Assembly (NCBI GenBank): GCA_963805085.1
Contig: CAWDTA010000005.1
Span: 416,001-480,000, forward strand
Source: an uncultured Veillonellaceae bacterium
GTDB lineage: Bacteria; Bacillota; Negativicutes; JARBTT01
Length of the DNA stretch: 64,000 nucleotides
Direction: 5' to 3'
Below are positions 30,610-42,690 of the stretch, piece after piece (the first letter of the stretch is position 1; every line of letters starts with the position of its first letter). The translations under genes and the position numbers were made by a program. The notes below the pieces were generated by a model that was given only the letters and a program-made list of their open reading frames with translations, ran no database searches and had not been told where the DNA came from.

Positions 30610-30969
30610 TCAATAGCTATCGTTTTTCCATGGTGGACAATTGTCATTATCTGATATCAATATTTCAATAGCCCGCCGTTTGTTAGGGGAGAGTTTGTTT
30701 AGCTTAATTAGAAATTGTAAATCTTCATCGGAAATATATATACTATTATAGATTGATTTTGTAAGTGGTTGCTGTTGACCACCAATGAGCCAATCTGTGC
30801 TCACTTCATATAAATCAGCCAATACTTTAAGAGTATAAGGATCTGGTGAGCTAATATTATTTTCATAATTGGATAGAGTTTTATTATTAATTCCTGTCCG
30901 CTCTTTTACTTGAATCTGTGATAGTTTAGACTGTTCTCTTATTTGCCGTAAACGATCTCCTAATTTCAA
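30610..30969 (-). CDS. XRE family HTH regulator
   Basis: LGDRLRQIRE, TLSNYENN, LADLYEVSTDWL. Confidence 0.9.
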   Translation of the reverse strand: MKLGDRLRQIREQSKLSQIQVKERTGINNKTLSNYENNISSPDPYTLKVLADLYEVSTDWLIGGQQQPLTKSIYNSIYISDEDLQFLIKLNKLSPNKRRAIEILISDNDNCPPWKNDSY

Positions 30970-31189
30970 TGTATTTCACCTCCGTTCATTCTATGATACA
31001 AAAAAATGATGTAAAAAGATTTTTATTCCAAGAATAATAGAAAAATGTATTGACTTCCCAATAAACAGGAACTATAATCAAACTACATTTGATTAACGCT
31101 ATCCTTTAAAAAATGATATGTTCATTTGCAATACTTAAAAATCATTGGTTTTGTCGTAATTTTAGCAATATTTATAAGGAGAGATAATT

Positions 31190-32242
31190 ATGAGTAAATA
31201 TCAGAAAAACAATGTAGGTACTAACGTAGATCTAGATCACATTACTTTAACCGATGTCATTAATATGGATTTTCTTCAACGCTTTCAAGATGATTTTGCA
31301 AAGGGCGTGGGCGTGGCAAGTGTAACGGTTGATCCTGATGGAAAGCCTCTTACAAATCCTAGCAGCTATACTCGTTTTTGCATGGATTATACGCATTCAA
31401 CGGAGTGCGGTGATAAACGTTGCGCTGAATCACATCATAAAGGTGGCGAAGAAGCCGTACGGACAGGTAAACCAATAGTATATGAATGTCATGCTGGTCT
31501 TATTGATTTTGCAGCACCAATCATGCTTGAAGGGCGACATCTTGGAACGATTCTTGGTGGACAAGTTCTTACAGGCGTACCAGAGGAAGAAAAATATCGT
31601 AAAATTGCTGGGGAAATCGGTGTTGACGAAGACGGCTTTGTTGAAGCTGTAAAAGAAATAAGTCAATTGTCTAAGGAAAGAATCGAAGCTGCAGCGAATG
31701 TGCTATATATTGTTGCCAATAACATGTCAAAAGCTGCTTATCAAAAATTAAAATTACAAACCTCATCGGAAACACTAAGTGATGGAATTAGTCAAATATC
31801 GGCGACGATGGAAGAATTGGCGGCTTCTGCATCCACAGTGAGTCATACGCAAACTAGCTTAAATAATGAAATTAAAAATGTGAATGAAGTAACGGGAAAA
31901 ATTGACGAAGTAATGGAGTTCATTAAAGATATTGCTGATGAAACTAGATTGTTAGGCTTAAATGCAGCGATTGAAGCAGCAAGAGCAGGGGAAGCAGGCT
32001 TAGGTTTTGGAGTTGTAGCACAGGAGATTAGAAAACTTTCTGATGACTCGAAACAAACCGTTGGTAAAATCAAAGAACTTACGACGATTATTAAAACGTC
32101 TGTAGATAAAACAGTCGTTATGGGGAATGAAACAACAGAAACTATTGAGCAGCAAGCAGCTGCAATAGAAGAGGTGACTGCTAGTGTGGAAGAAATTAAC
32201 AGCCTGACTGATCAACTAAATATTTTAGCAACAGAAGAATAA
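31190..32242 (+). CDS. Soluble chemoreceptor with PocR sensor domain
   Basis: RFC...C...[14 protein letters not shown]...GGQV, then [14 protein letters not shown]; no TM helix. Confidence 0.92.
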   Translation: MSKYQKNNVGTNVDLDHITLTDVINMDFLQRFQDDFAKGVGVASVTVDPDGKPLTNPSSYTRFCMDYTHSTECGDKRCAESHHKGGEEAVRTGKPIVYECHAGLIDFAAPIMLEGRHLGTILGGQVLTGVPEEEKYRKIAGEIGVDEDGFVEAVKEISQLSKERIEAAANVLYIVANNMSKAAYQKLKLQTSSETLSDGISQISATMEELAASASTVSHTQTSLNNEIKNVNEVTGKIDEVMEFIKDIADETRLLGLNAAIEAARAGEAGLGFGVVAQEIRKLSDDSKQTVGKIKELTTIIKTSVDKTVVMGNETTETIEQQAAAIEEVTASVEEINSLTDQLNILATEE

Positions 32243-32266
32243 TAGCTATAAGAGGAGGGATTTGTT

Positions 32267-32737
32267 TTGGCTAGTATACAATTGGTTGTATTTGCGTTAG
32301 ATAATCAAGAATATGGCATTGATGTTTTAGCGGTAAATGGTATTTTACGATCGAAAAAATTTAAAATTCAGTTACTGCCGGGAACGCCAAAAGAAATAGA
32401 GGGCATCATTAATTTGCGCGGACAGATTAAGTACTTGTATAATTTGAGAAATAAATTTCATTTAATGGACGTAGAAATGTCCGATGAAAGCAAGTTTGTC
32501 ATGTTGAATGTCCACGATTCTATAGCGGGGTTAATGGTGGATGAAGTTACCGATATCGTTAAAATGGATGATGGAGATTTAGAGCAGACACCAGATTCGA
32601 TCAGTGGTTTTACAAATCATTATATTAAAGGAATCGGTAAAGTGGACGAGCGTTTGATTATTATCCTGGATCCAGAAAAAATTTTGTCTAAGGAAGATTT
32701 TGAGGGTCTTAAAATTACGGAAAATGAAGCTGTTTAG
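32267..32737 (+). CDS. cheW: Chemotaxis coupling protein CheW
   Basis: QLVVF, YGIDV, GIINLRG, GLMVDEV. Confidence 0.92.
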   Translation: MASIQLVVFALDNQEYGIDVLAVNGILRSKKFKIQLLPGTPKEIEGIINLRGQIKYLYNLRNKFHLMDVEMSDESKFVMLNVHDSIAGLMVDEVTDIVKMDDGDLEQTPDSISGFTNHYIKGIGKVDERLIIILDPEKILSKEDFEGLKITENEAV

Positions 32738-32855
32738 TTAAAATAAGCATTAAAAAGCCTATGAATTTCAATTCAATTTGAAGTTCATAGGCTTTTTATA
32801 TTTGAGTAGTTTTACTGTTACGATATTTCTATGGTTGATTCATTTAAGTTGATGG

Positions 32856-33701
32856 TTATGGAATATAAATTAATCCAGATAAAAATGTAATACCTTCGTT
32901 ATTTAGATAGCTTTTCAAGTTTTGTAAAGAAGTAAATAATTGTGTGAATTTTAAACGTAACCAGAAGCGAGCAAAGGTATGCGAATTTCCGCCAAAGATA
33001 GGAATTCGATTTAAATAATAGGCTGTAGAACTTGTCGTATCTCGTCCAAGATTAATCGTAAAAGCTCCGCGATAACCAGCGTCTTTTGTTGCATCGATAA
33101 CTCTTTGATCATATTTACCACAAGGATAAGCCAGATATTCAACCTTTTTACCAAGTCGCCATTCTAACCCCTCTTTTGATTTTGTTAATTGCTTACGCAG
33201 ATCATTATCATCAGAAACATTGGTCAGCGTAACATGACTTAATGTATGACTTTCAAAAGAAAACCCCTTGCTAGACATCTCTTTTATTTGATCCCATGTT
33301 AGATAACGATCATAGGTATTCACAAAATCAGATATTACGAATATTGTAGCTGTAAAATTGTATTTTTGTAAAATAGGATAAGCCACCAGATAGTTATCTT
33401 TGTAGCCATCATCAAAAGTTATCAAAATAGGTTTTGATGGGAGCTCTTTTCCGGACTCCAGATAATCTGCTAGTTGATCTGGAGTAATTGCCGAATAACC
33501 TTCCTTTGACAAATATTTTATTTGTGCTTCAAACTCGCTGGCGCTAAGCGTTAGCGGATTGTGGGCGACATCGTTAATTTGGTGATAATTTAAAACTGGT
33601 ACTCCTTGAAAGTAAGTTAAGGCAATATAAATTCCCGACAAAAGAAAAACAAATGCAGCGGCTACTCCCAATGTAAAAATTTTTTTCGTAAACAAATGCA
33701 A
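32856..33701 (-). CDS. Polysaccharide deacetylase (IcaB/PgaB-like)
   Basis: VLNYH, ITFDDGY, SHTLSH, AYPCG. Confidence 0.92.
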   Translation of the reverse strand: MHLFTKKIFTLGVAAAFVFLLSGIYIALTYFQGVPVLNYHQINDVAHNPLTLSASEFEAQIKYLSKEGYSAITPDQLADYLESGKELPSKPILITFDDGYKDNYLVAYPILQKYNFTATIFVISDFVNTYDRYLTWDQIKEMSSKGFSFESHTLSHVTLTNVSDDNDLRKQLTKSKEGLEWRLGKKVEYLAYPCGKYDQRVIDATKDAGYRGAFTINLGRDTTSSTAYYLNRIPIFGGNSHTFARFWLRLKFTQLFTSLQNLKSYLNNEGITFLSGLIYIP

Positions 33702-34049
33702 AAAGAATACACTCCTTTCAAGGTCTAAGGGTAGATCTAATTAAGATAATAACGGATGCATTTATTTTATTGGATTGATTTTGAGTCGAAAAACGTCTCG
33801 TGTAAAATATGGATGCTTGTTATCATAGTTTAGATAAGATTTGTATTCTATTATATCAAATATATGAAAAGCAAGCTACTTTTTCTATATATTTGATACG
33901 AACAGATAAAGGAAAATGTGTATAGATGCGTTATTATTATGTATGTCTTGCAGGATTTTTGTATTTTAAGGATAATTAAGATACAAATAGATCATTCTAG
34001 TTATAAAACAAGATTGAAGTATGTTAAGAAGATAAGGATTGATAATTAA

Positions 34050-34736
34050 ATGAATCAAAATCAAGCAAAAAATCGTGTCGTGTTATTTGCAATATTTATA
34101 ATTATTATTTTGCTAATTTATTGGCTAAAACCGGAATCACTGCATAAGGTTATTCAATTGCTTCTCGCAGGTGATCTGGAGGCCAGTATTGAGTATATTC
34201 GCTCTTATGGTCCTTATGCAGCCTTAGTAAGCTTCGTCATAGTCGTATTTATTAATGCAGTTGCTGTTTTACCCAATATTTTTATTTTAGCAGCAAATGG
34301 TATTATTTTTGGGATAGTAGAAGGGACTATGATATCCTGGTTAGCAGAAACTGTCGGTGTAGTGATCAGCTTTGCTTTCATGCGTTATTTTTTTCAAGAT
34401 TATGCCCATCGTGTGATTGTGCGCAGTAATTCATTGCAAAAAGTAAATGATTTTAGTGGCAAAAAAGGTTTTCAGATTATGGCAATCGCCCGCAGTATTC
34501 CTTTTGTTCCTTCTGGGCTGATTACAGCCTTGGGCGCACTCAGCGACATTAGTATGAAAGATTATATTTTGGCGACTTTGATTGGTAAGTTACCATCGGC
34601 ATTAATTGAAGTTACGCTCGGACATGATTTGGCGTCCTATCATGAAAACTCAATGCGATTGACTGTGGTTATCTTAATTTCTGTAGCTGCCTATGGCGGT
34701 TATTTATGGTATAAGAAAAAGAAAGATCCAGTTTAA
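34050..34736 (+). CDS. TVP38/TMEM64 (VTT/DedA superfamily) membrane protein
   Basis: ANGIIFG, ARSIPFVP, ATLIGKLP. Confidence 0.88.
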   Translation: MNQNQAKNRVVLFAIFIIIILLIYWLKPESLHKVIQLLLAGDLEASIEYIRSYGPYAALVSFVIVVFINAVAVLPNIFILAANGIIFGIVEGTMISWLAETVGVVISFAFMRYFFQDYAHRVIVRSNSLQKVNDFSGKKGFQIMAIARSIPFVPSGLITALGALSDISMKDYILATLIGKLPSALIEVTLGHDLASYHENSMRLTVVILISVAAYGGYLWYKKKKDPV

Positions 34737-34784
34737 TGTAAAGCTGTTTCTAGTAAATTGAAAAATATAGAAAAATATGATTTT

Positions 34785-35684
34785 TTAAGATTCTGTAATC
34801 ATACCACCATTGACGTGAAGAACTTGACCGGATACATAGTTAGAATCTGAACTAGCTAGATATACGTAGGCAGGTGCTAGTTCAAAGGGTTGGCCAGCGC
34901 GTTTCATGGTAGCATTGTTCCCGAAACCAGTTATTTTTTTCATTGAAAAAGAAGCGGGAATCAGTGGAGTCCAAATAGGACCAGGAGCAACTGCATTTAC
35001 ACGGATTTGTTTTGATGCTAGCGACAATGATAATGAACGGGTAAAGCTGACGATGGCACCTTTTGTCGCTGAATAATCAATTAAATCTTTGCTTCCATTA
35101 TAAGCGGTTATCGAAGTAGTATTTATGATAGAACCATTTTTCGGCAGATAGGGCAATGTGGATTTTGTTAAATAAAAGAATGGATAAATATTGGTTCGGA
35201 ACGTACGATCAAGTTGGTCAGCATTGATATCAAGAATAGAAGTTTTAGGAAATTGAACGGCGTGATTGTTGACCAATATATCAATATGCCCAAACGTTTG
35301 TATTACTTTGTTAACAATTTTATCAGAGTGAGCTTCCTCACATAGATCTCCTGGGAGTAGCAGGCATTTGCCCCCCAGTTCATTGATTCTCGCTTGGGTC
35401 TCTTTGGCATCACGATGTTCGTTGAGATAGGAGATGACAATATAAGCTCCTTCTTTGGCAAAAGCATAGGCAATTGCACGCCCGATGCCGCTGTCACCAC
35501 CTGTAATTAAAGCCACTTTGTCACGTAATTTGCTACTGCCTCGGTAGTCTTTATTTTCGGATATTGGGCGAGGTGTCATGTTATATTCTATTCCTGGCTG
35601 GCAGAGTTGCTGTTGTGATGGAAAGGCAATTTTTGTTTTACTAGATTGTATTTTTGTACCAAAGTTTGAGTATTTAGGATACAT
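34785..35684 (-). CDS. SDR oxidoreductase (YhdF/YdaD-like)
   Basis: TGGDSGIG, YSATK, VAPGPIWTPLIP, GQVLHVNGG. Confidence 0.92.
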   Translation of the reverse strand: MYPKYSNFGTKIQSSKTKIAFPSQQQLCQPGIEYNMTPRPISENKDYRGSSKLRDKVALITGGDSGIGRAIAYAFAKEGAYIVISYLNEHRDAKETQARINELGGKCLLLPGDLCEEAHSDKIVNKVIQTFGHIDILVNNHAVQFPKTSILDINADQLDRTFRTNIYPFFYLTKSTLPYLPKNGSIINTTSITAYNGSKDLIDYSATKGAIVSFTRSLSLSLASKQIRVNAVAPGPIWTPLIPASFSMKKITGFGNNATMKRAGQPFELAPAYVYLASSDSNYVSGQVLHVNGGMITES

Positions 35685-35863
35685 ATTTGTGATCACTCCA
35701 TTCAATTAATTTTTTTATGATGTAGTATTACTGGACATAGTATATCCAGTTTGTAAAATTGTTTACATGAGTATGACAACAGCAAAATCAAAAAAAATTG
35801 CCAATATAAATATAAAACAAAAAATCCAAAGCCATTAAGGTTTCGGATTTTTTCTGGTTTTAT

Positions 35864-37732
35864 TTATTTTAGCCCAAGGCGTTTTAATTTACGCCACAGC
35901 GTCGAGCGACTTATGCCCAGTATTTTTGCGGCTTCAGCATATTTTCCTTTCGTTAAGGTAAGAGCTTGTTTGATTTCCTCTAATTCATTGGGGATTAGTT
36001 GAGTCGGAATGGTGCAATCATCTGAATCTTCAAGCATGAGATTGATAATGGATGCATCAATAATTTCACGTTTGTGAATTGCTATCACTCGTTCGATAAT
36101 GTTTTTCAGTTCACGTATATTACCAGGCCAGGTATAATTCGTAAGTGCTTTTGTGGCGGATGAGGCTAGCTTTAAATGGTTTTTTATTATACCTGAATGC
36201 TCTCTTAAGAAAAAATCAGCTAATAATTTAATGTCTTTTTTTCGCTCGCGCAGAGGCGGAATTTTAAGTTGTAGGACATTTAGACGATAATATAAATCTG
36301 CTCGAAATTTATTTTCGTTTATGAGAGTCTTTAAATTTTTATTTGTAGCAGCAATAACACGAACGTCAATATGGATAATTCGATCGCTGCCTAAACGCAT
36401 AACATTTCTTTCTTGTAAAATGCGTAAAAGTTTGCTTTGCATAACATAGTCCATTTCGGCAATTTCATCTAGAAAAATTGTTCCACCGTGGGCTACTTCA
36501 AATAATCCTGGTTTTCCTTTAGGATTTGCTCCGGTAAAGGCTCCACCTACATAACCGAAAAGTTCGCTTTCGAGTATTTGGGCGGGGAGAGCAGCGCAGC
36601 GCAGTTAATCGCTACAAATGGTCCTTGATGGCTATTGCTATAGCTATGGATGCTTTGGGAAAATATCTCTTTACCGGTGCCTGTTCCGCCAACAATTAAA
36701 ATATTTGAATTTGTTAAGGCAAATTGCTTCGCTATTTCTATTATCTGTTTCATTTCTATAGTCGTATTCTCGATGTCTTTGAAAGAAAAATTTGCAATAT
36801 GTCCAGAAGCATAAATTCGGCGTCTTACCCGAGCCTCCATTTGTTGAATTTGGGTTGCGTCTTGAAAGGTGACAACAGCACCAACGGTTTTGCTATTGAC
36901 GATGATAGCTATTTTATTGCATAAAACATCAACTTCATTTATTTTTAGAATTTGCCCTAAGTCATCAATTCCTGATTGTATTACTTGCTCAAGATTAAGG
37001 TTAGGCCAAACTTTGGTTATTTTTTTACCAGTAGACTCAATGGCATTCATACCTGTAATACGTTCTGCTATGGGGTTGAAAAAAGTAATGCAATAATTGC
37101 TGTCAACTGAAATGATTCCTTCATAGGCGTAATCAAGGACAGCTCGAAAAAGACTGGTTTTTGCTTTTTCTAAGTTGCGTGCATGAGCAATTCGTTTTGC
37201 TTCTTGCGCCGCTTGTAAGATACCTTCGACACCACTATTCATAAGTTCAAATGGGTAGTGGTGTTTTTGTGCTGCTTTTTTCGTAATGAATCCGCCGATA
37301 ACGACATTTACGCCATCGCAGAAAGCCTTTGCTACTTGAGCTTCGGCTTCACTCTCATCATTTATGGGATAGGGTCTGATATCGACATCGAGAATTGTAT
37401 TCAAACAGTCAATTCCCTGAAGCATTGAAGGGAAAGAAACAGCTCCGATAGAACGGCCGTGTAATTTTGCTTTCTCAACAGTTCGAATAATATCAAAACC
37501 AGTAATAGGAACCTCAACCACAGTAACAGGAAAATTAGATTTTTTTATAGCTAGTGCAGTGCCACCTCTAGTAATGATAATTTCAGTTCCATTTGCGACG
37601 AGTGCAGATACCATTCGTAATCCTTCACTGAGTAATCCTTGCTCCATGTTTATCATCATGGCAACCTTTAAACGTTGCACGGGCAATTTTCAGCATACTG
37701 GAATGGGGAGCTAGAAATGTTATTTGGGACAT
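35864..37732 (-). pseudogene. PrpR-like sigma54/Fis-type regulator (PrpR_N-PAS-AAA-HTH) with two frameshifts
   Basis: RBS and ATG at 37732 (MSQITFLAP); frameshift at ~37650; 5-nt duplication at ~36595 between INCAA and LPAQILESELFGY...GAFTGA. Confidence 0.85.
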
Positions 37733-37793
37733 ATTTTGACCTCCTTGTGCAACGAATTGAAACGTTATATATGTGTAATTATAGAGTTTTTTT

Positions 37794-38368
37794 GTTGAAA
37801 CTGCAATTGAATATTTAAAAGAAAAAGTGACGCGCCCTTATGAAATATATCATACTGATCCAGGCTATCAGTATGGTTCCGAACATACCTTTGATGTATC
37901 AGAATTTCAACCGCAATTAGCTGCACCGTATAGTGTAGATAATGTGAAAGAGATTACTGATTTTATTGGCAGAAAAGTTGACCAAGCATATTTAGGTTCC
38001 TGTACTGGCGGGCGTGTGCCAGATTTGACGGTAGCTGCTAAAATATTAGCTGGTAAAAAAATCAATCCTGATACAAGATTTATAGTGGTTCCAGCATCGC
38101 AGGCGGTTTTCCTTGAATCCATGAAACTTGGTTATATACAAACACTTGTTGAGGCTGGTGCTACTTTCGTTACTCCAGGCTGTGCGTGTTGCTTAGGTAC
38201 GCATGAGGGGATGATTGCTGAAGGTGAAACTTGCATTTCCTCAACCAATCGGAATTTTCCTGGGCGTATGGGACATAGAAAAGGAAAATTTTTCTTGGAT
38301 CACCAGCCGCAGTGGCTGCTGCAGCGTTAGAAGGGAAAATTGTTGATCCTTCTAAATATATTGACTAA
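37794..38368 (+). pseudogene. Isopropylmalate/homoaconitate-type dehydratase large subunit, 5'-truncated and frameshifted
   Basis: GSCTGGR, PGCACCLG, STNRNFPGRMG; 1-nt frameshift at ~38289, then LGSPAAVAAAALEGKIVDP*; N-terminal part missing. Confidence 0.85.
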
Positions 38369-38382
38369 GGAGTTGTTGTATT

Positions 38383-38889
38383 ATGGAAAAAATGGTTAAT
38401 GGCAAAGCTTTTATTTTTGGTAAAAATGTTGATACTGATCAAATATATCCTGGGCGGTTTGTAGAATTTACTGATGTAGAAGATGTAGCAAAACACGCTA
38501 TGGAAGGTGCCGATTTAAATTTAGTTAAAGAATTTAAAAAAGGTGATATTATTGTTGCTTCCACCAATTTTGGCTGTGGTTCCAGTAGAGAACATGCAGC
38601 AATTACTTTAAAAGCAATTGGTATTGGGGCTATTTTGGCGGAGTCTTTTGGACGAATTTTTTATCGGAATGCGATAAATTTAGGAATACCAGCAATTGTT
38701 TGTCCTGATATAAGTAGTAATGTAAAAAAAGGTGATGTGTTAAGCAGTGATATAATGTCAGGGCAGGTTACTAATAAAACAACGGGCAAAACTATGCAAG
38801 CACAACCTCTTTCTGAATATATGTTTAATATTCTTGCTAGTGGTGGGATAAAACCTATGATCAAAAAAGAGATGGAGCGCAAAGGTTAA
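38383..38889 (+). CDS. LeuD/HacB/DmdB-type dehydratase small subunit
   Basis: NVDTDQI, NFGCGSSREHA, FGRIFYRNAINLG. Confidence 0.9.
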   Translation: MEKMVNGKAFIFGKNVDTDQIYPGRFVEFTDVEDVAKHAMEGADLNLVKEFKKGDIIVASTNFGCGSSREHAAITLKAIGIGAILAESFGRIFYRNAINLGIPAIVCPDISSNVKKGDVLSSDIMSGQVTNKTTGKTMQAQPLSEYMFNILASGGIKPMIKKEMERKG

Positions 38890-38966
38890 TAAAGTAATAT
38901 CCTAAGTGCATATTAAAAATACAAAAGGCAAGGCGTCAGAATTTCTGAGCCTTGCCTTTTAGTGTT

Positions 38967-40658
38967 TTATATTCTAAAACTAATCGTAGCTTCCTGTAAG
39001 TCTTGTGCCATCTTTGCTAACACTTGACTGGAAGAAGCTATTTCTTCTATTGATGCGGACTGTTCTTCCGTTGCCGCTGAAACGTTTTGAGTTTGCCCTG
39101 AAGCGTCTTTACTTATTTTTTCAATGGATTGTGCTGATGAAACGATTTGCTCACTATCACTAGCAATTTCCTGAATTGAGGAGGAAATTTCCTTTACTTG
39201 ATCAGATACATGACTGATCAGTGTTACAATTTCTTTAAACGTTTGTCCAGCAGTATTGACAACTTCTGCGCCAATTTTAACCTCGCGTGTTCCTTCTTGC
39301 ATAGAGACTACAGCTTTGTCGGTTTCACCTTGTATTTCGCCAATCAGCGTAGCAATTTGTTTCGCTGCATCTTGCGACTGTTCTGCAAGTTTACGTACTT
39401 CTTCTGCTACTACAGCAAAGCCACGACCTTGTTCGCCAGCGCGGGCGGCTTCAATTGCAGCGTTTAATGCTAACAAATTTGTCTGTCCAGCAATGCCCGA
39501 AATAGTATCGACAATTTGACCGATTTCTTTAGAACGTTCACCAAGTTTTGCAACGACGTTAGCCGAATTGCTAACCGTCTTTTCAATGCTAATCATCTGA
39601 CTAATGGCTGTATCGACTGATTGCCCACCTGCTTGAGCTGAAGTTGCCGTCTTATCTGACATTTCGGCAACACCATTGGCATTTATAGCAACCTGTTGGA
39701 TGTTAGTGGACATTTTCTCAATTATTGCTGAGGTATCATTGATCGCATTTACTTGCAATTCTGCGCCATGGGCTACCTCAGTTATGGCAATTGCCACTTG
39801 ATTGGTCGCTTGGGCAGATTGTTCAGCAGTAGCGGTAAGTTCCTCCGAAGAAGCGGCAACTTGCTGAGAATTCTCTTGAATACGGCAAATCAACTCTTTC
39901 AAATTTTGCGTCATAGTGACAAAGGATTTTTCTAAGTCGCCGATTTCATCTTGTCTACTAATGACTATATTTTGTTTTAAGTTACCACTCGCAATACCTT
40001 GCGCTATCGTAACCAAAGAATTGACTGGTCTGGAAATTGATCTTGCACTGAAGAAGCCAATAATGATACCAATAATTGCACTCAAAATGCCAATAAGAAT
40101 GGCTATTGATTGAGTATGTTCTGCTGTTTCCATCGCTTTTGCAAATGATTCATTAACTTGCTTTTCTCTAAGAGCACTATATTCATCACCTTTTTTCATT
40201 AAAGCTTGTCCAATGGGAGCAAGTTCGGTGCTCATAACCTGTATCGCTTCCTGTTCTTTACCTGCTTTTTTTAGTGGCATTACCTTCTTTTCAGCAATGT
40301 CACTATATTTATCATCGAGAACTTTCATTTCGTTAACTAGCTTGCGTCCTTCTACAGTAGTTGCTTGGTCAAGTAGTTCCTGTTCTAATTTAGCATTTTC
40401 ATTGTTTGCTTTCTGGTATTCACTGATGAATTTGTCATTTCCCGTTAGTAAGTATCCGCTTAAATCAGCTACCTGCTCTGTGGCGTTTCGGCTCACGACA
40501 TTTGTTTTTAATAATAAAGGGATACTTCTTTGCTGAATAATTTTGCTTGAATCAACAACCTGCGAAATGTTGTAAACAGTATAAGTAGTACCAATCGCGC
40601 AAACGCCAACAACAATAAGAAAAAATGCGATCGTTCTTGTCATAAGATTAGATTTCAT
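38967..40658 (-). CDS. Methyl-accepting chemotaxis protein
   Basis: 2 TM helices, [38 protein letters not shown]. Confidence 0.95.
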   Translation of the reverse strand: MKSNLMTRTIAFFLIVVGVCAIGTTYTVYNISQVVDSSKIIQQRSIPLLLKTNVVSRNATEQVADLSGYLLTGNDKFISEYQKANNENAKLEQELLDQATTVEGRKLVNEMKVLDDKYSDIAEKKVMPLKKAGKEQEAIQVMSTELAPIGQALMKKGDEYSALREKQVNESFAKAMETAEHTQSIAILIGILSAIIGIIIGFFSARSISRPVNSLVTIAQGIASGNLKQNIVISRQDEIGDLEKSFVTMTQNLKELICRIQENSQQVAASSEELTATAEQSAQATNQVAIAITEVAHGAELQVNAINDTSAIIEKMSTNIQQVAINANGVAEMSDKTATSAQAGGQSVDTAISQMISIEKTVSNSANVVAKLGERSKEIGQIVDTISGIAGQTNLLALNAAIEAARAGEQGRGFAVVAEEVRKLAEQSQDAAKQIATLIGEIQGETDKAVVSMQEGTREVKIGAEVVNTAGQTFKEIVTLISHVSDQVKEISSSIQEIASDSEQIVSSAQSIEKISKDASGQTQNVSAATEEQSASIEEIASSSQVLAKMAQDLQEATISFRI

Positions 40659-40797
40659 TTGTATCTCTCCTTTGAGTGTAACTAATTTTTGTTATTAGAA
40701 TAATTAAAATGTATCTTTTTAAGCCTCCTTACATTAATTTTCCTCAATTGAGTAAAGTTTCTAGTAAATTAATCATAAATATTATAATATTTACATT

Positions 40798-41022
40798 ATG
40801 ATTGAAAAAAAATTTGGACAAGTATTAAAAAACTTAAGAATAGAAAAAGAGCTTAGCCAGGAAGAGTTTGCCTTTAAGATGGGGCTGCATCGTACTTATG
40901 TTAGCCAACTGGAAAGGGGATTAAAAAGTCCTTCATTACGAACAATAGTGAAAATATGTAATGAACTAGATATCACATTGGTACAATTTATGGAACAGTT
41001 GGAGCAGAACAAGTACTACTAA
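40798..41022 (+). CDS. Small XRE family HTH protein
   Basis: LSQEEFA, HRTYVSQLERG, SPSLRT. Confidence 0.85.
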   Translation: MIEKKFGQVLKNLRIEKELSQEEFAFKMGLHRTYVSQLERGLKSPSLRTIVKICNELDITLVQFMEQLEQNKYY

Positions 41023-41182
41023 GTTTTTTTACCAATATAGATTAATCTAAATAATAATTTTCATTTTTGAATACTATAGTATTCATAATATCTTATAATA
41101 TGACAAAAATCAACCAACGCTAGAAATATTAGCTAGGTTAATCACGGTTGAAAAGTAGTTTTATCATTGAACGAAAACTTGG

Positions 41183-41387
41183 CTATATTTTAAAATCAAT
41201 TGTAACTTCCTGTGAATCTGTGCCATTTTTACTAACGCTTAACTGGAAGAAGTTATCTCTTCTATGGATGCGGATTGTATTTCGGCTACCACTGAAACGA
41301 TTTGTTCTCTATCACTAGCAATTTCCTGAACTGAGGAGGAAATTTCCTTTACTTGATCAGAGATACGACGGATTAGAGTTACAGTTT
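41183..41387 (-). pseudogene. Decayed copy of the 3' end of the neighbouring MCP gene
   Basis: Colinear similarity to ~38967-39230 with indels and a 60-nt internal deletion. Confidence 0.8.
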
Positions 41388-41516
41388 AGCAATCTTTTCA
41401 GGTAAAATTCATTTTATTTGATGAGAGTGTGCTATAATATATAAATGTGTCAAAATTTTAATTTTTAAGATGAAAATCATAATTTATATGATTTTTATAG
41501 ATGGAGATAGTGCAGT

Positions 41517-42443
41517 ATGAGAGAATATATTGATTTAGGAAAAAGAATTTATCATCATAGAGACGCTAGTGATTTTGGTGTGCAAAGACTGGTTGTTTTC
41601 ATTGCTCGTGCTATGATTCATAAAAAACAGATCAATGGATTGATAAAATTTTTCTCCGAAAATCCTACGTTAGAAAATATCGCGGCGGAAAATCCGATTA
41701 TATTTGAACAACTAACGAGACATGTTTTTTATCATCAATCTACAATTCAAGAAAGATTATCATTAATAAAGCAACATTTTATTATTTCCTCTACATGGTT
41801 TCGCCAAGATTATTTGAATGATATCTATAATGATGGTTTTCTTCGGTTGTGGGAAGAAGATTATGGTGATGATAAACTTTGTATCAACCTTAATTTTAAA
41901 TATATGGATAGAAAAGAAGGTCTTATGAGTATTGAGCTTGTTTGGGGCGAACAACGAATTTACCATATTACTTTTTGGTTTGATCAAAATGATGATAAAG
42001 AAGTAACACTGAGGATAGGAGCATTACAAGGCATATTAGGTGGAGCAAGCACTATTCATGATCTAACGAAACACTTTTTTGCCTATAGACCTAAAAATTT
42101 AATTTTATATGCATTAAGAACAGTTGCTTGCACTCTAGGAATAAATAAAATTTATGCGGTTTCTAATGAAGGGTTTTTCACTAATACACATGTACGCTTG
42201 GATAAAAAATTAAAAACATCATTAGATGAATTCTGGCAAGAAACAGGTGGAAGTTTATGTGAAGATCATAGATTTTTTGAATTGCCTATTGCCGAAACAC
42301 GTAAAAGTATAGAAGAAGTTAAATCACAGAAACGAAACTTATATCGAAAAAGATATGCCGCTCTTGATGAAATCGAAAAAAGTATTAAATATAATTTAAA
42401 TTCATATTTAAAAGTTAAAAACAACGTAACATCGGTAAGATAG
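41517..42443 (+). CDS. VirK/YbjX (DUF535) family protein
   Basis: RKEG, IGALQG, YRPKNL, LDEFWQE, KSQKRNLYRKRY. Confidence 0.9.
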   Translation: MREYIDLGKRIYHHRDASDFGVQRLVVFIARAMIHKKQINGLIKFFSENPTLENIAAENPIIFEQLTRHVFYHQSTIQERLSLIKQHFIISSTWFRQDYLNDIYNDGFLRLWEEDYGDDKLCINLNFKYMDRKEGLMSIELVWGEQRIYHITFWFDQNDDKEVTLRIGALQGILGGASTIHDLTKHFFAYRPKNLILYALRTVACTLGINKIYAVSNEGFFTNTHVRLDKKLKTSLDEFWQETGGSLCEDHRFFELPIAETRKSIEEVKSQKRNLYRKRYAALDEIEKSIKYNLNSYLKVKNNVTSVR

Positions 42444-42690
42444 TTTCGAAGTTTTTTCTCAAACTTAATTTTATGCTATTCTACTAAAAATAAGACTTAA
42501 TTATAGTGCTAGACTTGGAAAGATATACTATAGATGAATTTCATCTATAGTATATAAAAATAACTGATAAAAAAAGGTATGCTACTTTAGCATTTTGTTA
42601 AAGTAGCATACCTTTTTTGTTTAAGCAGTTAATAGGTTTATTTTATTGATAGATATATTTAATTGAACTATTGAAGTGCAATTAGTAAAC

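Noticed and set aside
36547-36620. Programmed frameshift or phase variation in the PrpR-like gene
   Set aside because: A second frameshift and the truncated neighbour favour plain pseudogenisation.
40798-41022. Controller (C) protein of a restriction-modification system
   Set aside because: No methyltransferase or nuclease nearby.
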